From: Lingula anatina
Taxonomy: Eukaryota > Animalia > Brachiopoda
DNA length: 64,000 nucleotides
Direction: 5' to 3'
NCBI GenBank assembly: GCA_051362555.1
Contig: CM120642.1
Location: forward strand, 7,626,001-7,690,000
The notes beneath the pieces are model-generated. The model saw only the letters and a program-made list of their open reading frames with translations, had not been told where the DNA came from and ran no database searches. Within the stretch, counting starts at the first letter, position 1, and the number at the start of each line of letters is the position of its first letter. The position numbers and the translations under genes are program-made. Shown in pieces: positions 36,601 through 47,297 of this stretch.

Positions 36601-39600
36601 AAATTTCATGCTTTTTCCTATTTCTGCAAAATAATCAATAACAAACAATTGTCCTTCAAAATTACTTGACCACACATCAGATAATATATCAAACTGTAGA
36701 GTCCATGCCTCCTTGAAATTTACCCAAAAACGTATACTGCATCACAAACAACCAGGCTCTTATCTCCAACTGTTTCAATTAGTTCACCTCCCCCCCCCCC
36801 CCCCACCCCTCTCCCATTTAAAACTTACCCAAAAATGCATACTGCATTACAAACAACCCGACTCCAATCCCGACTCCAATCTCCCAGCGTCTCAAAGGCA
36901 GACCAAAGGTCAGACCTATCAGACTGCTCACTATGAAGACCAGGAAGAACAAACCAAAAGAAAACTCCACCACAAGGTCGGAGGTACGGTGGGCAAACTG
37001 AACTAACTCATCTGAAAGGAGAATGTTTTCATATGCAAGATACCTGAAAGATACATATAATCTTTTCAGGAATGTTTTAAAGGTAAAATGTTTTTAAAAC
37101 AGGTAGTCTCTCCAAATTTATAGGATTTCCACTTACCCTGTAGTTTCTCCAGAAGTACAGACTTTCCACTTACCCTGTAGTCTCTCCAGAAGTATAGACT
37201 TTCCACTGCCCCACTTAGCAAAGAGGCCCACAGTGATGGGTGTGTGCAGGGTGGGCTCACTGAGACAGTCAGCCAGAGCACTGCTGTATAGGTCAAAGTT
37301 CTCATCTCTTTCCGTCTGGTTCAGGTTTCCTACATGCATTAAATGTATTGGTATTAAATTAATACTATTAAAATTATTGTAAATAGGATTCCTGACAGAG
37401 CTTGATATGATAATTCTGAAGTATACCTTTATATAGTGATTCAGTTTAGTTTTTTTTTTTACTAATGTCAAGACAGATTAGTTCTTGTAACAGTTGTTTT
37501 ATCCCAGCAAACACATGATGTTTTACAACATTTATCACCACGTTTCCATAACGTGTTTTGGTTTATAAACATAATGGTAACGTTATAATAACGTTTTGTA
37601 CTTGCGTAGTAGGAGAAATTGATAGTTCCAGTTCTCCTTCCTCTTTCCCCCCCTCTCTCACATATAGACACACAAATCATCTACATACCACAACAATGCA
37701 AACAGTAATTAGATTTAAGCTGCCTTGTAACAGAAATTCATATCTAACCTTAAGATATTTACAAAGCCCTAAATATGTATAACAAAACCATTTTTGTAAA
37801 AAAAAACAAACAAAACAAAACAAAAATATGTGTACACACACACACACCTGATGTTGTAATTTATACTTAAGTTACATGAAGGGTGAATGTGCTTGTGCAT
37901 GTTTAACAGTACTCACTCCTTCCCAGTATTGATGTCAGAATACTCTTGGGCTGGTTGCCATCTATCATGTATGGAGTCTCTCCAACTTTGTTAGTTCTGT
38001 ACAGCAGACGGCTCTCTTTAGGGTTACGTAACAACAGTTCCGTTATTCTGCGACTCCTAACACGTAGGGCAATATGCAACGCATTGTCCCCTTTCTGATA
38101 TAAAAATCATAAACAATTATATTCTCTTGAATAAGATAATGAAATTTAAACTGTTCTATTAGAAAATAGAAGAGAAAGATTAATTTGTTTCCATCCCTTT
38201 TGGTGCCTAAATTACGACCAAGTTTAGTTTTCTGGTGTCTGGAGGTGGTAAAACAAGATCATATGATATGATGAAAACAAGACCTTACAACAAAACCATT
38301 CAGCCATAATTTTTTTGCACCAAAAAATATCAAATCATATAATAACACATGGACATGAACTTATCTGTTTGCCATTTAGAATTACTTTCCCTTTATTCTA
38401 TTTGTTCAAATTTAAACATCAATATCATTCCATTAAGTGTGAATAGAAACTTCATTTGTTTCAAGCATACCTTGTTAGTTGCAGAGACTTTAGCACCTTT
38501 ATTTAACAGCAGATTCACCATCTCATAATTTCTGTTCTTCACTGCCTTCAGCAGGGGGGTGGTGCCGTCCTACAAAAAAATAAACCAAGGATTTGTTTAT
38601 TCAAAATTATTAATAAATGAAAGTATTGGAATAATTTTCCTATGAGAGCTAAGACTCGAAATAACTAAACATTCTCAAATGCCACTTGTTAACGGAATAC
38701 TTAAAGCACAGAAGCCATGCTCCTATCATACCTCATCAAAACTGACTTTTTTAATACTTGCAACTTACATTTCTACCAAATTAAATGACAAATAAAATAC
38801 ATAAAATATAATGTTGTAAAACTTTTAAAATGCTGTGAAAACAAGAGTTGACATCATAAAATCTGGCACAGCCGAGAAAAAGTTTTCTGTTTGCAATTAC
38901 CATATAAATCATAAAATTTCTTACTTTCGTGGCCAGCTCTTTGTCAGGTTTGTGTTCCAGAATGGCCCTAGCAATTTCCACATGACCTTTCTCTACAGCA
39001 AAATATAATGCAGTTTTGTTGTCCTGAAAAAAAAAATCATCATCATTAATATGGGTCTGAAACTTATTTATAAAGGTTACAACAGATACTGCCAGCTAGA
39101 GAAGGAGCGACAGAAAAATCAGCATGTGATTGATTTGCAAAACAATAAGTTTGTGCATGCATGCGCGTGTGATCAAAATAAACCTTTTTTTTTCAATTGT
39201 GACAACAGTATCAGAAAAACAACCAGAAGTTAACTTAATCAAATACAGAATCAATCATGAAATACACATTTAACACAATAATGTTTATAAAGGAAAATTT
39301 AATATGAATAGAAAATGGCATGAGTTATAGTGGTAAACCATATGCAGATGTGCATGTTCTTATGTCATCAATGCTCGTGCATAATGTCATCAGTACATGT
39401 GTAAAACATCATTGAAATATATACACCATGTCATCAGTTTATGTGTACCTACCTCTCCCTGCACGTCAATATCAGCATGCTTCTTCAGTAAAGCCTGGAC
39501 TATTTCTAGATGCCCACTCTTGGTAGCTCTGATCAAAACACTGTCACCAGACTGAAATTACAGAAGGGTTTTTACTTTCAAATTCTAAAAACCTAATTTT

Positions 39601-42600
39601 TTTGGATACTGTACTTTCTAAATGAAAAAAAAAACAACATTTTCTGACACGAAACCAACTTAACAAAACTTTTGAATAAATATTATATAATCTAAGTATA
39701 TCTAATAAAGCATTCTTTGATGAAAAATTAACTTATGCTGATTAAATTCACTCTACCCATTACCTTGTCCACAATGTTGACATAAGCGCCATGCTGTAGC
39801 AACTCCTTCACTATCTGAAAGTAGCCATCTTTGGCGGCTATGGACAATGGAGTGAGGCCATCCTAAAATAGACCATCCAGAATAACAGAAATGTCTCCTT
39901 TCTTATTAATTAAACATGATGTACAAAAATCATATGTACACAAATTCAATTTCCAATTTAACTATGTGAAAAGTCTGTATTGACCATGTAGATCCAAAAG
40001 CTGAAGAGAAAAACTAGCCAGTCCGAAAAGGGCACTATTTCTAAATTGAGCAGCATCAGTTTTAATGCTTAAATGTGATCGAGTGAAAACAACATGAAAA
40101 GCAAGTGTCTTACTATTGAGAATGAAAGTGAAAGTTACCTTGTCGACACAGTTTACATTGGGCACTATCTCATGGTTAAGCAGTGCTGACACTATATCCA
40201 CAAACCCTCCCTTAACAGCAACAAGTAAGGCAGTCCAGGCATTCTGAAAGAGAACAATGTCTTTTGGGATAAAAATTTTGAAAATATTAATAGCACAGAC
40301 TGACTCAACACTGAAATTTTCAGATGATCAAAAATGTGAAACAATAATAAAAAAATTACTTGTCACATATCATCCCTACAAAATTCTGTTGATCATACAA
40401 TACTGGCTTAGTTCAAAATGCTTATAGTTTTTCTTTAAAACTATTTAGCCAAATAAAAATTATGCCAGGCAACCCTAGAAGAAACATTTCAAAACAATAT
40501 CTTTTTGCCAGCATCACAGCAAAGCAGGCCGAGAGGTTACAGAATTTCTTTTTTTTCTTCTCCCCAAAGATCACAAATTGAGGCCAAAACATCTGCTAAA
40601 ACAATACCGATCCCCTCAAACTTTTATTTATAACCTGTGCAACCAATATTACCATTCCTGCCACGTCCACATTAGCGTCAGCCAGTAGTAGTTCCTCCAC
40701 TATCTCCAGACAGCCTCGTCTGCACGCCCAAATAAGAGGGGTTGTGCCATACTGCAATTATGAAGAATATTTCAGACAAGTATATCTAAATCTAAAGAAC
40801 AAATACAGAGTGCAGATCTCTAACAAGAATTATGAGGCAATGCAATTATTTTTTCCTATACAGATTCGATGGAAATTTAATATTTTCCTCTCATGAATAA
40901 CTGTCTATGCTGAAAATTTTACCAACATTTGTGAAGAACCTTATGAGATATTTAAGCCACGAAAAAAGGAAATCTAGGAAAAATAATTATTAAAAAAAAA
41001 AAAAAACATTGGTTAGCAAAATAATATAACATTGAAAGTAGACAGTTTTAAATGCACACAAATAGTCACAAATAATTTATAGTAAAAAGCCTCAAGGAGT
41101 ATAGCACGCTTACCTTGTCTGCTGTGTTCACTTTGGCTCCTGCACTCAGGAGTAGTTTGACAATTTCTACGTGCCCTCTTCCCGAGGCCCATATAAGACA
41201 GGTCATGGTGTGCTGAAATGTGGAAAGACATGCTTCAAATAAGATATGGCAATGGTTAAAAAAAAAGGAAAAGACTCAATGTTTTTTTTTTTATGAGGCA
41301 GGATGCTTCAACACTTTATCAAAGGGCCTTGATCAAGTAACTGGCTCCTCCATATGGTGAATGTGTCTATATGAGCTGCTAGGGAAAAAAATGCAATGAC
41401 ACACAGATAAAAACACATAATCTCTTTATAAACAATTCATTTATTTCCTTTTCCTACCATACACCTTCCCATTAAAAAGTTACACTTAACACAACCAAAT
41501 TTCTCAAATGCAACAGATTTACAAAACCCAAAACTGAAGGTTAACTTGTGAACTTATTTAAACTTTTATCAATTATCCCAAAACAAATTCAAAGTAACAT
41601 CCATTTTCATTATCAGCTGTGACTACAGCCCTGCTTAAAATCAATTTTACGTTTAATGAGAAAAGTTTGCTTGGCCAAATTTGATAAACAAACTTAAGGT
41701 AATCCTCAGCAAAAGAACCTCAAAAGAACCATCAATGGCTGATGATAAGAAATCTTTTCAATTAAATAATTCAACAACAGAAGCAATTTCAGGGATCGTC
41801 TTGTTTCCATGGTTACTCTCTGATTGAACAATTACGTAAGGTTAGTAAGTTAAATTTCATACAACAATGCAGCAGTTCTGTCTGTTCATTCATCTATCTA
41901 ATTATTCATTTCTGACAATCCATTCAGTAAAATTCAGTAACACAAATATAAACTATTCTGCATGCTGAGTTCGTATGGTGTTCCTTATACTGACAACAAG
42001 AGGCTCACCCTTTCTTGCGCCAAACTATTTCCCTTATCAATTATGCATTCAAGATCAATACAAAGTCATTCTGATAAAACTGTGCAGAGGCCATAAGAAA
42101 AGGAATTTAGCAGATGGAACTGATAAAAAGTTGTAGTCTCAGGTAGCATACAGGTAGCAAACTTAATTTCAACTGATAACTGGTATGGTACATTTATCAT
42201 TATTATAATTTTTTACCAAGGATGTTCCAGACAGAGAGAGACATTTAACAGAGTAATATAGGTGATGGGGAGAGAGAAGAAAAAATGATTCAGCGATTTG
42301 ATTGATCAGCTACATATACATACAGGAGACCGTAGTACAACTAGGTTACATGCGGAAATGGTCATTTCACTGTTCACTGTTATATGATGCACTTGGTTCA
42401 AATGTAGCATTAACAGGTACTTCAAGGGCAATGAAAATGTGTTACTCTACTGGAACAAATGGTCTGGGTGCAAATCTTACCACTGAATATTTACTTTCAT
42501 GATTGTTAGGTGGGCGGATCTGCAAGAGTTTTTTTTTTCTTTAATTTTCTTAATTCAAATCTTCTAATGCGTGAAAATAATCTACATTGCAAACTTAGTT

Positions 42601-45582
42601 TAAATTTCTTGTCAGCATAAATTGTCAACAGGTAAACATAAGGATGACATTATATCTAAGGTACATAAGATCTCAAGATCAGTTTGGTGATACAAGACTT
42701 GTATATCATATTATTTCCAAATGGCAAATGCATCAACATTTATGATGCACTAAAATGTATTTTAAAAGTGAAATGTTATCATTTATTAAAATATTTAAAA
42801 ATAATGACCAGAGAGAAATTTCCAATTTCAAAGTAAATATTATCCCCCCCCCCCTAAAAAAAAAAATAATAATAATAATAATAATAAACTTTAACTATCT
42901 ACTCTTATTTTCTACAGTATTGCCCTGGTATCCGCTTGTTTTCAGCATTGCCCTACACATATTAAGCTTAAATTCATATTTGATGATGGAAATTAATTAT
43001 TTTGAAAGACATATTTTTGAAACTGTAGCGTGTAATGTCTATGTTAAAGAAATGTTCCAAAGTTAATGATTCCCATCATCGAATTTTTTACTAAATTCAA
43101 GATCTTGGATCCATGAACAATCTGATAGAAAATGTCCTAAACATAACACTGTTTCCTCCATACCTCAGCCTTCACATTGGGATTGGCTCCATGCTCTAGT
43201 AAGATATTGGCGATTTCAGTTCGTCCTTTGTAGCAAGCCCACATCAGGGCAGTCCAGCCTCCCTGGAATACACAACTTATAAGTCACAGATTCTGAAAAC
43301 TAGACATTCAGAGAAGAAATGTAAGTTTATTTTTATGGACATTTCAACACTTTCTACCTTTATTGCAAAAGTATGCCATTCCCCAAACCATTCATTCACA
43401 GAATTACAACCCACTTTCGAATTCTAAGTTTGAGAGAGTGAGAGAGAGAGGGAGGATGCCAACACTGAAAAAGAGAAATGTGTCAAATTTGCTACTGCAG
43501 GTGCACAAATGCTGTGCATGGCAAAATTTCTTAGGAAACTGCAGAAATGAAGGAGCTAAATGGACGAAACGTGAATATAAATGAAACGAAACATATATTG
43601 AGTAAAACCAATAGTGATGTGTTAGCTGTGTTAACTGGATTGTGTTAGATGTGACAGACAATTGTACTGGGTGTGACAAATTCTTAAGTAGTACAGGTAC
43701 ATATCTTACCATATCCCTGTGTGAGATGTGTGCCTCATGCTCCAAGAGTACCTTGACAATTTCTGTATGACCCTCCTTGGCTGCGTTCAGCAAGGGACTC
43801 CAATTATCCTGAACAATTATAAAAAATAATGTTTTTTTTTTTTTCAGAAATATTAGCTATTATCTGATAGGGATTGTAAGTTCAAAAAAAGGGAAATAAA
43901 ACTCCTCCCATGAGCCACAGTGAAATGACTGCATTTCTTAGCTTTGTTGAAAAATGATTTGCTTTCTAAAATTACTTTTCCAAAGGAAAAAATTCTATTC
44001 AATAATTACGTAAACCCTTCTATCAATAATGAAATCAAAGCTTGTCAGTTTATTTATTAGAGGCCAAAGAGAATGCATTAAAAATTTCTTCTTTTTCTCT
44101 TGTTTGTTGAGATAAAACAAACAAAGAAAATAAAGCAACTCATCCACATATATCAAATTCACTTGGATATAACCTTAACTTAATAAGTCCACTGCTAGTC
44201 AACTGAATACAATGGATTATGTAACCTGAACTTGGTGCCCTATCCTCCGTCCCATTCACCAAAAGTTCAGAGCTGTCAAGCACAAAACACAGACTAATTC
44301 AACGGACACTGTTAATAAAAGCAATGTACTAGAACTAGCCCTGTGTGTTATATTCCATAAATGTAGAAATCCAATTAAATTCTTATTGTATTGTTACTCT
44401 TTCCAATCAATGAATAATCTTATCTGTTCTATTCAAAGAGTATGCACTGAGTGTCATCACACATTTGGACTTCTGGAAATGTACTCTAAACTGAAGACTG
44501 TCAGCTTAAAGAAGAATACATCCTAGGTTTTGATAATTCTCAATTGTAAAAATCAAAGTTGAGCTTCTTATTCCATTTTTGTTTGTTTCTTTCTTTCTTT
44601 TGGTAACTGTTAAATGCTAGTGTTTACATGTTTTATAGCTAAAGCAATAATATTTCCTCACAACCAAGTTTTGGACTAAGTTAAAATCATGGTGACCTCC
44701 ACCCACCCCACCCCTACCCATCCACTACCCCACCACACAAAGACAGACTTTTAAAGTGAGATGTCTACATATATTTTTCACTTTTTACATCAGTTCATGT
44801 TCAAAGGGAAGTTCTGTAGTTAGTTCTTAACGTGAGAACTAACGAGACAGCACAAACTTTCAACAGTGTCCGCAAAGACACAGGTCAATGCACTAGCACT
44901 GGACACTTGGGGCATCAAAGGCCAGGCACTGGAGTGGAAAATAACACAATTTATTTCGAAATTTCACCTAGGAGAAAGGTCAAATGACATGTCTTTCTTT
45001 AGCAATGATCTAGTTTATCCCTACCACATGCGAATACAAGGTTCAAAGGACACAGCTGGTGCATTTCAGACCATGCCCTCTGCCACTGCTCCCATTGCAG
45101 GTCTGACTTTATTAAAAATGTCAATTTGTTCATTAACTGGTCACTATAATTTTCTTCTTTGGGCCTGTAGATTCTAAGACCCTGGGGTCTTGAATGGCCC
45201 AAAGAAATTAGAAATGGGAATTAGCTCACACTTTGCCCTTTTGAGAAACAAATGATCATGCTACTGATGGATTCTACTGTACATAGGATTAGTTTCACAC
45301 GTAATGAATATATTTCACAGATATTTATCCTTCCAACTGCCTTTTTTTAAACCAACTTACATCATCCACGGCATTAACGTCTGCACCACTATCTAACAAC
45401 ATCGTGGCAATAGTCACATGACCCTGTTGGCAGGCAACCATGAGGGGGGTCTGGTTGTTGTCATCCCTGTCATCAACAACGATCCCTGTGTTGAGGAGCA
45501 GATGAGCAACAGCATCCCCATCTCCCTTCTCCACCTGGTCAAACAGTAACTGCCTTCCCAGCACAAGCTGCGAGGCTGCCAT
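23735..45582 (-). CDS. KIDINS220: Kinase D-interacting substrate of 220 kDa (Kidins220/ARMS): ankyrin repeats, KAP-family P-loop NTPase with transmembrane helices, SAM-like region, PDZ-binding C-terminus; about 1873 aa
   Basis: 22 phase-consistent coding exons: 45582-45361, 43808-43710, 43262-43164, 41212-41114, 40751-40653, 40243-40139, 39862-39764, 39551-39453, 39023-38925, 38569-38471 (mostly 99-nt single-ankyrin exons), 38094-37917, 37329-37174 (Walker [12 protein letters not shown]), 37011-36829, 36403-36247, 35912-35770, 35641-34938 (Walker [17 protein letters not shown]; [13 protein letters not shown]), 33108-33061, 30087-29847 ([13 protein letters not shown]), 28244-28073 ([14 protein letters not shown]), 27238-27063, 26344-26007, 25741-23735 ([10 protein letters not shown]; ends ETNV). 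AATAAA at 23258-23263. Confidence 0.96.
31111..31307. mobile_element. hAT-like MITE, 197 bp
   Basis: Termini CATGGCTTTTCCCA and TGGGAAAAGCCCTG, flanked by a degenerate 8-bp duplication ACTGAACG/ATTGAACA. Confidence 0.6.
36523..36600. repeat. (TA)n microsatellite plus poly-T
   Basis: Visible run inside a KIDINS220 intron. Confidence 0.95.
37097..37207. repeat. 37-bp tandem triplication spanning a KIDINS220 exon end and donor site
   Basis: Copies at 37171-37207, 37134-37170 (2 mismatches) and 37097-37133 (degenerate). Confidence 0.9.
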
Positions 45583-45820
45583 ATTGAGGTGTTGTACAAG
45601 AGTTCAGGGCCAAGAACACATTATTATCTGAAAATAGCAATAGTGTAAAGAGCAGTTTGAGAGCACAGACTTTAATCATGGAAAATGTCAATATAATATA
45701 ACTAAATTTTAAAGCCCCTTTTTAAATGTAAGGATTCCTTGGGTTATCTCGAAATAATGACAATTAATCAAGAATTTTTTCAACCTTGAATACAACATGC
45801 TTATTTAAATTGCCTTTGTA

Positions 45821-46533
45821 CACGCTCGGCTGTCACCTTGATTGGATAGTAAACGGTCGTCGTAAAATTGCTAAATGATATTAAAACCGGGTGCATAAAC
45901 TTGAAAACCACCTAGGACAACCTTAGACTGCCACATTAATCCAATACAATGCAAAAATAAACTATAACAAGTGGTTAAAGCCTTCAAACCGAATGTCGTA
46001 AAGTCCCCATATACCTCCATAGAGACAATAAAATAGAGTCAGCTTGTGAAACAAAACTCAACCATTTTCAACATAATAATCAAAATAAAATACTGCCGGG
46101 CATCGGAGCGGCCTAAAACTTGGCACGCTTACCGCAAATACTGCAGGCTACATCACCCCGTCGCTCGTTTGTAAATTCCGTGCATGGTCAAACCGTAAAT
46201 CAAAATTCCACCTCTGATGTTTATTTCGGTCCATTCTAACCTTCAATTCAGGAAATGACGTAACCGCAGAGGTCGTATTGTCCAATGGCATGGCTTCTTT
46301 TTCGTAATTGGAGGTTAGAGTGGACCGAAATAAACATCAGAGGTGGAATTTTGATTTACGGTTTGAAGGCTTTAACCACTTGTTATAGTTTATTTTTGCA
46401 TTAATTGTATTGGATTAATGTGGCAGTCTAAGGTTGTCCTAGGTGGTTTTCAAGTTTATGCACCCGGTTTTAATATCATTTAGCAATTTTACGACGACCG
46501 TTTACTATCCAATCAAGGTGACAGCCGAGCGTG
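45821..46533. mobile_element. Foldback-type non-autonomous DNA transposon, 713 bp, long TIRs, 8-bp TSD (hAT- or P-like)
   Basis: Termini CACGCTCGGC...GCCGAGCGTG; TSD CCTTTGTA at 45813-45820 and 46534-46541. The right arm 46306-46533 is the near-perfect reverse complement of 45821-45991 joined to 46188-46248. Confidence 0.9.
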
Positions 46534-47119
46534 CCTTTGTACACTGTTTTATTGTTACTTGCTGGGCAAAATGAGGCAATTTGGCAAAATTCTTTATAGG
46601 GTAGTGACTGTGAAAGCCAGACAAGATGTGAGTTGGACAGCATTAAATCATATATGTAATATTAACTTAACAAGTTGTAGAAAAAAGCACGAATACATTC
46701 ATTTGCAACATTTCCATTATCAAGATGATTTTTTATCTTATCAACTTTCAGCAAAAAAAAAGAAAAAAAAAAAAATCATTCAAGTTACGCATTCAAGTTA
46801 ATTCTAAACAAATTTATGACATTTGGAGGTTTATCTGCTGCAGGTAGAAATGAGTTACCATGTGATATCATAGCTGTAATGCCAAACACAGCACAGTTCC
46901 GAGCATGCACGATTTTTTCCTAGAATTTACGTTAATGTTACATTTGATTTTTCTAGCACTCACCTACATTTCAATATTCTTTAGTCCATTTCATTCTAAA
47001 TATAAAATAACTGTCTAAGAAACTGAAAAAGCAGAAAGCATTCTGGTATTTTTAAGGTAACCCTGCCACATCGGTTCCCTAGACTTCTCATTCAGCCACG
47101 AGTGTATCATTCAGCAGGG

Positions 47120-47200
47120 TGACAACCTTCACTTCCTTACTTCTTATCACTGCGCATGTTTTTGTGCGCATTTATCCCACTTCCGGCTATTTCCGTTTTT
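47120..47200. promoter_or_regulatory. Putative TATA-less bidirectional promoter between KIDINS220 and the POLR1D-like gene
   Basis: CpG-containing patch with an ETS site CACTTCCGG (47178-47186), more TTCC cores and NRF1-like TGCGCA motifs (47151, 47165), between two divergently oriented genes. Confidence 0.55.
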
Positions 47201-47297
47201 GAGCACTGTTTTAGATGCATTGCTTGTTGATTTGGTTGCCTTGGCGTGTTTATATGCGAATTTATAGTTTTTCATCCACTTTAAACTGCATTGAAAG

